Source: Macrostomum hystrix (taxonomy: Eukaryota; Animalia; Platyhelminthes). Taken from it: 64,000 nucleotides of DNA. Position 1 is the first letter of the stretch, and every line of letters begins with the position of its first letter. Under the pieces are notes generated by a model, which saw nothing but the letters and a program-made list of their open reading frames with translations, ran no database searches and was not told the origin of the DNA. The translations under genes were made by a program, and so were the position numbers. Of this stretch, positions 9,883 through 22,459 are shown piece after piece. The stretch covers positions 1-64,000 of the forward strand of contig CATNEN010000002.1 in NCBI GenBank assembly GCA_950097015.1. The letters are read 5' to 3'.

Positions 9883-11245
9883 CTCTAGATGTACATTTGA
9901 ACAGTCTTAAACCTCGTTTTCTCATATGTACATCAAATTATTTTATCTCGTCCCTCGGATGTACATTGGCCTGCACGAATATAAATTGTTTTTCAGTTTT
10001 ATCTTAATTTCAAATAAACCAGCAAAATTTACTCCACACGCCAGCCATTGAAAAGTTCGAATGGACTGCTCAAATAAATAAAAGCAAATTATTCTGCTAC
10101 AATCTAGAAATAGGCTTGACTAGTCCGCATATAAAATTTTCTTCTCTACCCACTGACTCCCAGGAGAGTCACTCGGCCTCATCAAATAAGGAAGAAATGT
10201 CAGCGATCAAAGGCGAGTAGATTGCTAATAACCTTGATCAAAGACTCATCGCTAGGGAAATTTCCACTTTGAAAGTAAGCAGGCATTGAATTAGCATTAG
10301 GCTGATAATTACACAGCGAGTTAGATACCCACGTTTCATTTTGAATAGGTTACGGTAATATTACGGTTATGCAGTAATATTACCATAGTACGGTTATAAC
10401 GGTAACATTTATTTTAACCAATCATGCGCTAACTACTCTACTCACCCGCTTAGTAGTGAGATGTAGCCATTTCTACCATACGCGTTTTAGTGCAACTTCA
10501 CCTATGCACTACTCCCCATTTTGCCGATTCGCTAAACGCAGGCTACCAATGACAGCTTAACAACACGCTATATATATATATAACATACGAAAGTGCGAAG
10601 CAGTCAACCTACCTTTTCCCACTCGGACTCCTGATCTCACTAGCAAACCAATCCAGAGCTATAACAGCCTATAGATACGATTATTGGACAACAGACATTA
10701 GTCTTGAACCACAGCACATCGGACAAACCGGATAAGTATTTCAACCTTGACTGCTTCTAACTTAGCATACCGATTGCTTAGCATCATTGTGATTGCCTGA
10801 ATACTATCAGTAATACGATTAGAAATATAACACCTAAGAGAAGGTTAACACCGCTGGAAACTTGAGTTGAACTTGCCGCTCATTGACTTAACAAAGGATA
10901 TCCGTATTCAGAACCGAGAGCCAGAGAGAGAGCATCATAGACCAGAGATAGGTAAAGTATATCAGTAGTATTTTTAGAAAATGCGAACCAAAACCATACA
11001 GTACAGCATGTGGTTCATTTCACCAAAAAAAGATAAACGAATCAAAAGTGTCTACTATTAATAGAACGAGGATTCCTCGTATCAAATCAATTTTTATGTC
11101 ATAGACAATTCCTCCTTCCTCCCTCCTCCTGCCTCCTCCTTCCTCCTTCCTCCTTCCTCCTCCTTCGATCTCCTTCCTTCCTCCTTCCTCTTCCTTCCTC
11201 TTTCCTTCCTCCTTCCTCCTTCTCCTTCCTCCTTCCTCCTGCTTC

Positions 11246-13150
11246 ACTCGATGCCTTCTCGTGTAACGGCTTTTTCGCACTCAAAGCAGGGTCCTTTTCC
11301 TTGCTCTCCTCTCGTGTCGGTCTTCTCTGTCACCGTCTTTCTCGTTCCTCCCCTTTGGCCTGGGATTCTTACGTTTCTACCGTGCGTCTGGTGATCTCCC
11401 TCTCTCTCCTCCCGGGCCTCGCTTCGCGCTCTTCTTGTTGTTTGTTTCGCTGGTTGCGAAACACAAAGTCGCATTCTCTTTGCTTCCATTGTCTCCGTCG
11501 TTCTTTTTCCTTTGCTTTCGTCTCACCTTTGCCATACTTTTAGGTGTTTGCTGATATTGCTGGTGCTGAAGACTTTTAGGCAGTATGTGCACTGGCCTGG
11601 TTGGGGTGCTCCTCGGCACGCCTTCCTGTGGTTCGTCAGGTTGCTTTGTTGTTTAAAGCTTCTCTTACACCTTTCGCATTCGAATCTCGATTCCATCCTC
11701 CTGTGTGCTAGTCTCTGGTGTTGCACTAGTCCGACCTTCGTTCGGAATCGTCTCCCACAGCCTGGCCAGTCGCATTCCTCCATTGCCTTCTGGCCGCTCC
11801 CGTCTTGTTTGTCTTTCCTTTTCTTGTCTTCTCGTTCTCCTGTCGCTGTTTTCGCTTTGCCTTTTCCTCTTCCATCATCCGCTTCGTCTCCTTCCTGCAC
11901 ACCTCTTTCCACTTCTTCCTATCCATAGCCGTCTGTTCAATCTTGTCCGCGTCCATGCCCGCACGTCGCAGCAGTCCTCTCCAGTACGTCAGAGTGGTGG
12001 CCCGCCGACTCTTCCTTTTCCTCGCTCCACTAGGGCGCTTCGGCCATCCTAGGATCACTTTCTTCGTTATCCTGTTCTCGTCCATTCGGATTACGTGTCC
12101 AATTCTCTCCAGCGTTCTTCTCGTGATCTTGACTTCCACCGGTTCTACCTCCAACATTCCTCTCACATCATGCATGTTCACGCCCTTTGCTTCCATCTGC
12201 CGCAGTCCTGGGCCACCTTTCTTGTCCATCCACACATACCTGTAGCACCTATCCATCTGTTGCTGCATTCTCTTGATTTCCGTCTTCCACCATGGTCTCG
12301 CCGCTGTTCTGTTCCTCCATCTCCGTTCTGTACTCATCGAGTGCTATTTCACCATAGCCCCACAAGGGTTGATAGCCGCATATCAGACGGTAGTGGTTCA
12401 CTTTTATTGCTGCTGTCCTTTCGCCTAACCATCGTTGGCTTCCTTGTTCGATCCAGTCTTGCGCCCACTCTCCGATTAAGAGGATTGCTGCTCGTTTGCC
12501 ATGCATTACTACTGCTTTCTCCTCGCCTTCGCCTAGCCAGAAGAAACCTTGGTCTGCGCTGGTTATCTCTGTCAGCAGCACAGCGTTCCAGTTCATCCTC
12601 GTGCTGTATGTCACTATCTCCCGAATTCTTCTCCGATTGTTCTCCCGCATAGATGCTTTCTGCACGTTCCATGTTGCTATTTTGGGGCTTCTCTTCTTTT
12701 TCTCCTCTAGTTTCTCATTTTCTTTCTTCGCTTCTGCTTCCCTCTTCTCCTCTTCCTTACGTCTTCGTCTCCGTTCTCTCCTCTGTCGTCTCACGTCATT
12801 CCGGTATTCGCGTTGCTTCTCTATGTTCCTTTTTCCGCGTTTGCTAGGTCCCGGGTTCTTCTTAACTGTCTCCAGTTTCTCTTCGATCTCTTCTTCTAGT
12901 CTTCTTACGTCCTCCACGACCTTCCTTCCTCGCTGCAGATTAGGGCGGCAGGCTTTTAAGTGTCGACTGGGGGTGCCCTGTCTCCCAGCTCCACTGTCGC
13001 AGGCCGGTCGTCCCCGCGTGCAGTGGCTGTTGCCTTCCGCCGCGGCTCCTCCCGGTCCACCTCCGGATCTTTTTGCCATTGCTGGAGTGGGGCTCAGTCC
13101 ACTCCGCGTAGCGCGCTCTCCGCTTCAAGAAAGCAGATCCTTGGGATAGC
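11246..13150 (-). mobile_element. Internally deleted RTE-like (APE-type) non-LTR retrotransposon, copy 1
   Basis: APE endonuclease N-terminus (KIATWNVQK...VLLTEI...GYQP) joined at ~12310 to the post-RT region (LERIGHVIRMDENRITKKVILG). C2H2 fingers follow (CDWPGCGRRF...HQRLAH, CERCKRSF...H). No RT domain. Confidence 0.82.
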
Positions 13151-14280
13151 CACCTCCTCCTCCTTCCTCCTCCTTCCTCCTCCTTCTCCTTCCTCCTCCT
13201 TCCTCCTTCCTCCTCCTCCCTCCCTCCTCCTTCCTCCTTCCTTCCTTCTCCTCCCTCCTTCCTCCTTCCTCCTTCCTCCTTCGTCTTCCCCCCTTCTCCA
13301 TCCTCCTCCCTCCTTCCTCCTTCGTCTTCCCCCCTTCTCCATCCTCCTCCCTCCTTCCTCCTCCTCCTCCTCCTCCCTCCCTTCCTCCTTCCTCCTTCCT
13401 CCTTCGTCCTCCTCTCCCCCTTCTCCTTCCTCCTTCCTCCTTCCTTCCTCCTTCCTCCTCCTTCCTCCTTCTCCTTCCTCCTTCCTTCCTTCTTATTCCT
13501 TCCTTCTCCTCACTCCTTCCTCCTTCCTCCTTCGTCCTCCTTCCCCCCTTCTCCTTCCTCCTCCCTCCTTCCTCCTCCTCCTCCTCCCTCCCTTCCTCCT
13601 TCGTCCTCCTTTCCCCCTTCTCCTTCCTACTTCCTCCTTCCTTCCTCCATCCTCCTCCTTCCTCCTTCTCCTTCCTCCTTCCTTCTTTCTTATTCCTTCC
13701 TTCTTTCTTATTCCTTCCTTCTCCTCACTCCTTCCTCCTCCTCCCTCCCTTCCTCCTTCCTCCTTCCTCCTTCGTCCTCCTTTCCCCCTTCTCCTTCCTC
13801 CTTCCTCCTTCCTTCCTCCTTCCTCCTCCTTCTCCTTCCTCCTTCCTTCCTTCTTATTCCTTCCTTCTCCTCACTCCTTCCTCCTTCCCCCCTCCTCCTT
13901 TCTCCTCCTTCCTTCTGCCTCCTCCTTCCTCCTCCTTTCTCCTCCTTTCTCCTCCTTTCTCCTCCTTCCTCCTTCCTTCCTCCTCCTTTCTCCTCCTTTC
14001 TCCTCCTTCCTCCTTCCTTCCTCCTTCCTTTCTCCTCTTTCCTCCTTCCTCCTTCCTCTTCCTTCCTCCTCCTTTCTCCTCCTGTCTCCCCCTTCCTCCT
14101 TCCTTCCTCCTCCTTTCTCCTCCTTTCTCCTCCTTCCTCCTTCCTTCCTCCTTCCTTTCTCCTCTTTCCTCCTTCCTTCTTCCTCCTTCCTCCTTCCTCC
14201 TTCCTTCCTCCTTCTCCCTCTTCATTTCTCCTCCTTCCTCCTTCCTTCTCCTCCTCCTCTTTCCTCCTCCTTCGTCTTTC
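13151..14280. repeat. (TTCCTCC)n-like polypyrimidine tract
   Basis: C/T-only low complexity. Confidence 0.95.
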
Positions 14281-14474
14281 CTCTTATAACATTCTAAAAA
14301 ACAAAACAAAAACAAATTGCAACAATGATACACTATATTGTCATATTTTATCATACCTATGCTTAATTACCATACATTTATTGACATCTTCAATACAATA
14401 GAACAAATTCTTCCTCTCTTTAAAACTTCACACACATAAACAAAAGAGCCTATTGACTGAACCACTCCTGCAAA

Positions 14475-14636
14475 GAAGGAGGAAGGAGGAGGAAGGAGGA
14501 AGGAGGAAGGGAGGGAGGAGGAGGAATGAGAAGGAGGAGGAAGGAGAAGGAGGAGGAAGGAGGAGGAGGCAGAAGGAAGGAGGAGAAAGGAGGAAGGAGG
14601 AAGGAGGAAGGGAGGGAGGAGGAGAAAAGAGGAGAA
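14475..14636. repeat. Same microsatellite in opposite (GA-rich) orientation, inserted in the NHL-B 3' flank
   Basis: aaggagg units interrupt the 3' flank at ctgcaaag|; absent from A copies; also at 41260-41385. Confidence 0.85.
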
Positions 14637-14663
14637 ACGAACTACTCTACTCTCACTGTCGAC

Positions 14664-16283
14664 TCACTTCACATTCAGCACCACCAGTCGCTTGTTCCTA
14701 TAGTCAGCCACCACCAGCTGCTCGCGCGCACCTCCAGTCACCACCGCCAGACCACATGGACAACAGAGTCTCCCGTCACCGCTGCCACTCTCGCCCGGCA
14801 CCCCCAGAGTCCACAGCAGCGACCCGTCGTCTGCAGCCACCGCTCGCACTGAGTGACCTTGCCATTCACTCACGAACAGGCGGCCTCTCCTGTCCACGGC
14901 CACACCCACTGGCTCAGTAAACTTTTTGAGGCCGCAGCGCTTAGTCGGGTGGGATGCGACCACCTGCTGGGTGTCAATGCGCACTCTGTGCACCTGATTC
15001 TGCTTCCAGTCTGTCACCAGAATGCAGTTGCCGTGAACCACCAGGTTGCCCAGTGTAGCAGCAGGAAACTCAGTCAACGTGATGACCGTCTCCATCTCGC
15101 CAGTCGCTTCGCTGAATGCAACAATTTTGTTGCCACCAGACACAAACACGGAGGCTGCGTTGCCGCCGATTCCCTCAATGGCACGAAAGCCCTTGATTTG
15201 TGGTTCGATTCGACGCACCTTTCGACCGCTCAGGTCCGTCACTGTCACTGCGTCAACTTGAGCAATGAACAGCAGCTGACGGTCGCAGTGAAGACCGCAG
15301 GTGTACTTCTTCCGGTCGATGTCGCAGTGGCACCGCAGATTCTTCGAGCCATCAACAGACACCACCTGAAGGTGGTACTTGAAATCGAATGATGAAAATG
15401 ATGCGAAGATGCAGGGCTGAGGCAGAGCCTCACCGCCGTCACTCGCTGACTCGGCGGCCACCACACGGCCCGAACGGTCACCAACGAATCCGCTGGTGTC
15501 GCTGCACACCGCCAGCCACTTAACCCAGCCATCCAGATTCACCTCGTGACTGAACACGATCGGATCGAGCAATGCCTGTCTCGCCATCGCCATCGCCTTC
15601 ATTGCGTCGTCGATCTCCTTGGGTGTCGCGCTGACCTCAGCGTCTCTCCAGCCCTCACCAGTCCACACGTTCACACGAGCCAACGCTCTGCCGAACTGCT
15701 CCGACACCTGCCCCAGTCGCTCCAGCTGCTGCTCCGCTCCCAAGCTCTCCTCCAGCGACTTCTGCAGCCGATCAAAGTCTGCCTTCAAGTCATCGAGCGA
15801 CAACTCCATCGACATCGTCAGCTCGACAAGCTTCGACATCTCGCCTGCAGCTTCCGCCATCGACGTCTCCTGCCTGTAGCTTCTCACATCGTCCATGTCC
15901 CGCTGCCACACACGCGCTGTCTCAATCCGAGCTATCATCGGACCTGTCAGTCGATCTTCACTCGAATCCAGGTATCTCCGCATTGTCTCATACAGCTGCT
16001 TCGCCCGTCGCAGCTGCTCCTCCATCTCGTGAATCCAATCTCCTCCACCACCTCCAGCACTGCCGCCTGCAGCTTCGGCTTGTGGGAAGGCACGCAGCTT
16101 CTCAGCGACCTTCTCCTTCAGCTTGAGGGCATCCGCCACATCAACACTCAGGTGTTCCGAGCACAGGTAGTGCTCGGAGAACGGACCCCGGCCGACTGCA
16201 GCTTTTTGGCAGACGACGCAGATTGGGATCACTTCAGGAGGTCCTTCGGAACTCGAGCTGTCGCTGGAGTCCCCACGCTGCAT
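14664..16283 (-). CDS. Zn-finger / coiled-coil / NHL propeller protein, copy B2 (539 aa)
   Basis: Intact ORF, near-identical to A1 in the N-terminal half; NHL repeats [19 protein letters not shown] and LCCPCGLAV...ADYRNKRL. Confidence 0.88.
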   Translation of the reverse strand: MQRGDSSDSSSSEGPPEVIPICVVCQKAAVGRGPFSEHYLCSEHLSVDVADALKLKEKVAEKLRAFPQAEAAGGSAGGGGGDWIHEMEEQLRRAKQLYETMRRYLDSSEDRLTGPMIARIETARVWQRDMDDVRSYRQETSMAEAAGEMSKLVELTMSMELSLDDLKADFDRLQKSLEESLGAEQQLERLGQVSEQFGRALARVNVWTGEGWRDAEVSATPKEIDDAMKAMAMARQALLDPIVFSHEVNLDGWVKWLAVCSDTSGFVGDRSGRVVAAESASDGGEALPQPCIFASFSSFDFKYHLQVVSVDGSKNLRCHCDIDRKKYTCGLHCDRQLLFIAQVDAVTVTDLSGRKVRRIEPQIKGFRAIEGIGGNAASVFVSGGNKIVAFSEATGEMETVITLTEFPAATLGNLVVHGNCILVTDWKQNQVHRVRIDTQQVVASHPTKRCGLKKFTEPVGVAVDRRGRLFVSEWQGHSVRAVAADDGSLLWTLGVPGESGSGDGRLCCPCGLAVVTGGAREQLVVADYRNKRLVVLNVK

Positions 16284-17027
16284 TTTCAGATTCGAGGTCT
16301 GGAAAGAGAGTCGGAAAGAGGCCGTGTGAGTTGAAGACTGCTGCTGGAATCTGCCAGAACTCTAATGTTATCTCAGTGTCAAAAATTCTCAACTTCAACT
16401 CGCTACCTCAGAAAGCTGGGAAGCAGAAAAGTTGCAGAGCTGCCGTAAGCAGGCCGATGCTGAGGCTCAGGTGAGAATGAGTTTCAATCAGACAGCAATC
16501 GGAAGCTGTGCTCAGGATTTTGAGATGACTCCTATGTCAGGTATCTCAGTTAAACTCTACTCTGTTGCTAAGCAACAGTGAGAAGCCTGAGTCTGGTCGA
16601 TATTGGAGAACAGAATGAAATCATTGAGCTGCTATTGCTGGAGTGACAGGAGGAGAGGAGACGGGAAGGAGAAGGAGGAAAGAGTACCTGATACAAAGGA
16701 CGCGCAGGTAGAACATCAGTTAATGTAGTGCGTGGGGTGTGCAGTGCCTGAGTGTACAGTTCCAATTGCATTGCTCCCGCCTCTACATGCATTGTAATTT
16801 TTTCTCCTTGACGCATACTTGGACTCAGTGGAGATGTCAGTGCGTGTCAGGTGAAGCAGTGGGTGTCAGGTGAATCAGCGGGTGTCAGGTAAAGCAGTGG
16901 ATGTCAGGTGAATCGGTGGGTGTCAGGTAAAGCAGTGGGTGTCAGGTGAAGCCGCGGGTGTCAGGATATTTACCTTCTAGACTGGAGATTCACCATTTAG
17001 GGAGATTTACCTGTGAGACTGAATATT

Positions 17028-17205
17028 CACCTGTTAGATATGGCTGTCACCTGTTAGATATGGCTGTCACCTGTTAGATATGGCTGTCACCTGTTAGATA
17101 TGGCTGTCACCTGTTAGATATGGCTGTCACCTGTTAGATATGGCTGTCACCTGTTAGATATGGCTGTCACCTGTTAGATATGGCTGTCACCTGTTAGATA
17201 TGGCT
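17028..17205. repeat. 20-bp minisatellite (cacctgttagatatggctgt), ~9 copies
   Basis: Tandem units; ~4 copies at 43824-43899. Confidence 0.92.
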
Positions 17206-17326
17206 CTAAATAAAAAAATCGAATGCAGCAGAACCAGTGACACCTACTTGCTGAATTCCAGCTGCATCAAAATAAGAATTTTAGCAGCTCAGACTTAGGT
17301 TCAGAGACAAATCAGAAACCAGTTCT

Positions 17327-17952
17327 TGTGCCGTCTGTGAAAAAGCCACAGTCGGCCGGGATCTGTTCTCCGAGGGCTACCTGTGCTCGGAACACCTGAG
17401 TGTTGATGTGGCGGATGCCATCAAGCTGAAGAACCATGTTGATGAGGAGCTGAGTGCCTACTCTCAAGCCGAAGCTACAGGTGTGCCGGATGTCAGGCAG
17501 AATCTGCTTCAAAGAATGCTCAAGCGAAATGCCGTTGTGGATAAGGCCTTCAATAAAATTCAGCAAAGCCTTCATTCGCACCGCTCTCTCCTGACAGACT
17601 TCATGAATGCTCGAGTTGAGACAGTCAATGCATGGCAGCGGGACCTCGAAGACATCGAAAGTTACAAAGAGGAGGTCGCGGAGGCTGGCCTTGTCCATTG
17701 ACTTGTCGCTTCCGGAGCTAAAGGCGGACTTTGATCGGGCGCAGAAGTTGGTTGACAATCGGAAGTCGAGCAGCAGCTGGAGCGACTGCCCGACTCGAGA
17801 ATCTCGTGGACCGAGTTGCGGCTGCTGAAGTCGGGACTGTGGCATCCAGAGACGCTGCGGTCACCGCGAGACCGAAGGTGGTTGATTGCGCAACAACTGC
17901 CGACGGCTCCGTCTTCGATCGGAGTGAAACTGGACGGTCACGTGTACGGTCA
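17327..17952 (+). pseudogene. Diverged, inverted, 3'-truncated paralog of the NHL gene (Zn finger + coiled coil only)
   Basis: Manual translation gives [35 protein letters not shown]...ARVETVNAWQRDLEDIESY, then after a frameshift LSLPELKADFDRAQK, ending at VKLDGHVY. Colinear with the NHL protein up to the first propeller residues. Confidence 0.82.
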
Positions 17953-17955
17953 ACA

Positions 17956-18142
17956 GCTGTAAGAGAAACCTGCTGAGCTGTAAGAGAAACCTGCTGGGCT
18001 GTAAGAGAAACCTGCTGAGCTGTAAGAGAAACCTGCTGAGCTGTAAGAGAAACCTGCTGAGCTGTAAGAGAAACCTGCTGAGCTGTAAGAGAAACCTGCT
18101 GAGCTGTAAGAGAAACCTGCTGAGCTGTAAGAGAAACCTGCT
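17956..18142. repeat. 21-bp minisatellite (ctgtaagagaaacctgctgag), ~9 copies
   Basis: Tandem units; essentially absent at the homologous site ~44640. Confidence 0.93.
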
Positions 18143-18617
18143 CTATACATTTAGCCTAGGAAATCATCAGTTGGTCTGTGAGACCCTAAGAATGGCAAGT
18201 ACTAAATAACCCTATGAGAACAGACTCTGCCCCAAGTGCCGGTAGAAGTAGCGAATGATATATCACTTGCTGTTTAAGTCTTAGCAAGATTTTCAGGTAT
18301 CGGGAAGAGACACGAAGACAATAAGCAATATAATTCCCAATCTTCCCAATTATCAGACGCGGATAAGGCATTCTACTTGATGACCAAAGAAGATAAATTT
18401 GTGAAATCAATTGTTGGTCAGTACATTGTGAAAATAGACAAGATTATGGTTGGCTAAACCACTGCTCTAGCCAACACTTGCCAACATTAAAAGCGCAGTC
18501 GATTTTTAAGATACTTTGCAGATTTCCAATTTGTGGGATTAAAACTAGTAAGCTGCTGAAACTTACCGGCCTATAGTAATCTGGCCTCATGGTCTCAGGA
18601 AAACTCAAATAAATAAA

Positions 18618-19527
18618 GGAGTGAATCGCAGAGTGAATCGCAGAGTGAATCGCAGAGTGTCAATCGCAGAGTGAATCGCAGAGTGACTCGCAGAGTGAAT
18701 CGCAGAGTGAATCGCAGAGTGACTCGCAGAGTGAATCGCAGAGTGAATCGCAGAGTGAATCGCAGAGTGAATCGCAGAGTGAATCGCAGAGTGTCAATCG
18801 CAGAGTGAATCGCAGAGTGAATCGCAGAGTGTCAATCGCAGAGTGAATCGCAGAGTGACTCGCAGAGTGAATCGCAGAGTGACTCGCAGAGTGAATCGCA
18901 GAGTGAATCGCATAGTTAATCGCAGAGTGAATCGCAGAGTGAATCGCAGAGTGAATCGCAGAGTGAATCGCAGAGTGAATCGCAGAGTGAATCGCAGAGT
19001 GTCAATCGCAGAGTGAATCGCAGAGTGAATCGCAGAGTGTCAATCGCAGAGTGAATCGCAGAGTGACTCGCAGAGTGAATCGCAGAGTGAATCGCAGAGT
19101 GACTCGCAGAGTGAATCGCAGAGTGAATCGCAGAGTGAATCGCAGAGTGTCAATCGCAGAGTGAATCGCAGAGTGTCAATCGCAGAGTGAATCGCAGAGT
19201 GAATCGCAGAGTGTCAATCGCAGAGTGAATCGCAGAGTGAATCGCAGAGTGAATCGCAGAGTGTCAATCGCAGAGTGTCAATCGCAGAGTGAATCGCAGA
19301 GTGACTCGCAGAGTGAATCGCAGAGTGAATCGCAGAGTGAATCGCAGAGTGTCAATCGCAGAGTGAATCGCAGAGTGAATCGCAGAGTGAATCGCAGAGT
19401 GACTCGCAGAGTGAATCGCAGAGTGACTCGCAGAGTGAATCGCAGAGTGAATCGCAGAGTGAATCGCAGAGTGTCAATCGCAGAGTGATTCGCAGAGTGA
19501 ATCGCAGAGTGAATCGCAGAGTGAATC
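18618..19527. repeat. 12-bp minisatellite (gagtgaatcgca) with 14-bp variant
   Basis: ~900 bp of tandem units; only ~150 bp at 45126-45277. Confidence 0.95.
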
Positions 19528-19689
19528 ATTAGCGATTGTGAACGCAGAGTAACAAAAAGGGAGCAGAAGACGAAAGTCAGGAATCGCATTGAGAGCCCGA
19601 TGTCTAAAGTGAGGTTGTCAGATAACATATTAGGGTGTCAGGGAAGGCATCAGGGTGTCAGGGAAGGCATCAGGGTGTCAGGGTGTCAG

Positions 19690-21828
19690 GCTGCAGCACC
19701 GAGTCACCATCAACCTCAAGAAGTTTCTTTTTAAGGTTCCGGAGATCAAGTTCGTCGGACATCGGATCAGCGCCGCCGGCATCCAGCCGCTTCAGTCCCA
19801 CGCTGAGTCAGTAGAGCAACTCAAGTCACCGACGAACGAGTCGGAGCTCGCTTCCTTCCTCGGCTTTGCAAAGTTCTTCCAGTTCTACATCAAGAACCTG
19901 TCGCATGTCGCCGAGCCGCTGACAGCACTCCTGCGCAAGGATGTGCCATGGAACTGGGACAAGAAGTGCGAGGCAGCCTTCAGCGAGTTCAAGCGGCTCA
20001 TCTCATCCGCGCCGTGCCTAAAATTCTTCTATCAGAGCAACGAAACAGTCGTCTCGTGTGACAGCAGCGACGTCGCCCTGGGCGATACTCTGGGCCAAAT
20101 TGACGAGCGTGGACAACTTCGCCTTCCAGTCGCCTTCGCCTCGCGCGCTCTGTCTGACACGGAGCGCCGTTACTCCACGACGCAGAAGGGGGCCTTGGCC
20201 TGCGTCTGGAGCTGCGAGCACTGGCACCTTCTGCTGTACGGCCAGAAGTTCAAGCTGCTGACCGACCACCAGGCTCTGACCAGCCTGCTATCAGCTCGCG
20301 GAGTCGGCCAGCGGCCTCTTCGACTTCAACGCTGGTGTGAGAGACTCTTCGTCTACGATTTCGACATCGAGTATGTTCCTGGTAAGCTAAACGTCTAACC
20401 AGACTTTCTGTCCCGCTACGGCTAGGATCGTAAAAAGATCGGCCAAGAGTCGATTGATCAACGTCAAACTGAGTCAGACATCAACCTAGTGCTTGACAGG
20501 AACTCCGAGCTTATTTCAGTTGCTCAGCTCGCCGAAGCCACAGCTAGCGATGACCAACTGCAGCGAGTCGTTCAGATCGTGCTCAACGGATGGCCCACCG
20601 AGACTCCTAGCGACCTGAAGGGTTTCCATCAGGTGCAGCACGAGCTCTGCCTGTGGAACGACGGGCGCTCTCTGGCGAGAGGCAGCCGAGCGGTCATTCC
20701 AGCCTCACTCCGCGACCTGGTGTTGACGGAGGCGCATCAAGGGCATCTCGGCGTGGCGAAGGTCAAGGCGCGATGCCGCGAAACTGTCTGGTGGCCGCGC
20801 ATTAACAGCGACGTGGAGACATTTGTGAGGAACTGCACCGCCTGCATTCTGTCGGAGAAGGCGTTCAAGTCGATCAAGGTGCCCTGGTCAACCACGGAAC
20901 TACAAGCCGGCCCGTGGAGACAGTTTCAAGTCGACATCGTCGGAGAGCTCCCGGCAACCGAAGCGCCAAATTCGCACAGATTCCTCGTCGTTCACGACCT
21001 CTACTCCAAGTGGCCCGAGATCATCGCGTCTTCATCGGTAACCTCTACTGCCTGCGTCGAGGCCCTTCGCAGCCTGTTCGTCCGCTGGGGCCTGCCAGAC
21101 GAGATCACAACTGACAACGGGCCACAGTTCGTGTCGAGCGAGTTAACGGACTTCCTCAGCTCACTTGGCATCAAGCATCGCCGGACTCCATTCTATTGTC
21201 TGCAGCAGAACGGCGGAGTCGAAAGGTTCAACGGCTTCATCAAGTCTTCTCTATGAGCCCTGCTGGCCGACAGCGTGCCCATGAAGCAAGCCGTGCAGGA
21301 ACTCCTGCTAGCGTATCGCTCGGCCGAACACGCGCTGACCAAGAAGACCCCAGCTAAGCTGATGCTAGGGCGGAGGCTCCGCCTGCATCTTGACCGGCTT
21401 CAACCGGCCGAGCCTGAGTCCGCGCCCTCAGGCGCCTGGCTGCGGCGCACCGTCCAGGAGCAGCAGCAGCGAGACGAAAGTCGCCGGAAACCTTTCAAGC
21501 AGAATCAGCAACCGCATTGACCGTCGGCAGTCGTGTCCGCGTACGCCGACCGAAGAAAAGCAAACTCGGCAGCGGCGTCTCCGAGCCGATGACGGTCGTC
21601 AGTCGCAATGGCAACACACTGACGCTAACCGATGGCAGTCGCTGGCACGTCAGCCGCTGCATCCCAGACGAGCTCCATGGCTGGTGCGACGATGACGGTG
21701 ACGGTGAGCTGTCACCACAGCCAGCGGGTGCGCCGACAAACCCAGCGCCACCAACGCCACCGCTGCGTCGTTCTGAGAGGCATCGTGCACCGCCTCAATG
21801 GTTCGGCAGCGTTGTGACCCACAATTGA
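19690..21828 (+). mobile_element. Degenerate Ty3/Gypsy LTR retrotransposon pol fragment (RT C-terminus, RNase H, integrase), copy 1
   Basis: IKFVGHRISAAGIQP (RT), CDSSDVALG...PVAFASRALSDTERRYS...TDHQAL (RNase H), HQGHLG...WWP...CTAC (integrase Zn finger), DIVG...DNGPQF...NGGVERFN (rve). Stops and frameshifts; 5' truncated. Confidence 0.93.
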
Positions 21829-22459
21829 GTGTGGACCGACAAGTGACTCATAAATCAATCATTAAATCATTCATTTATTTAGTAAATAAATCATTCCTTT
21901 TAGACCTGTAGTTAGTTTGAAATAGCAGATTTACCGTTTCCGAATTAAAGAACGACTTAGAATTGCAGATTTTAAGTAAAACTCTGATTTTTAACTATAG
22001 GATAATAACACCAATCAGGCTATTTTCAGCAGGTGATGAAAAAATAATGATAAATTTATTATTAATAGCAGATATTAAGTAAAACTCAGGTTCATACCAG
22101 GTAACATTAAGTTAGAGCTCTGAGGTAAGCTAGCTGAAAAAGTGTGAGTTGTGGACTCAGTTGCTAAGGCTCGCTGACCTGAGGCCATAAAAGCGCCCGT
22201 GCGTGAACTCCTGTTAGGATTTTCTGGTTAAAAGTGAGATGGAGAGAAAACGAAAATGGATTTCAACGGCTAACCGCCACTCACTTTGATACGCAAGCTC
22301 AGTTTTATTTGCGACTCACTGAGGCAACTGAGGACTAAATAGATGCCTTTTAGGGAAAGTGTGAGCAGCTGGCTTTTGCATCGCGAGCAACTGATTGGAA
22401 TTGCTAAGCTTAAAATACAATTTCTAGCCACACTAGAGAATGTGTAATAAGCAGGAAAG

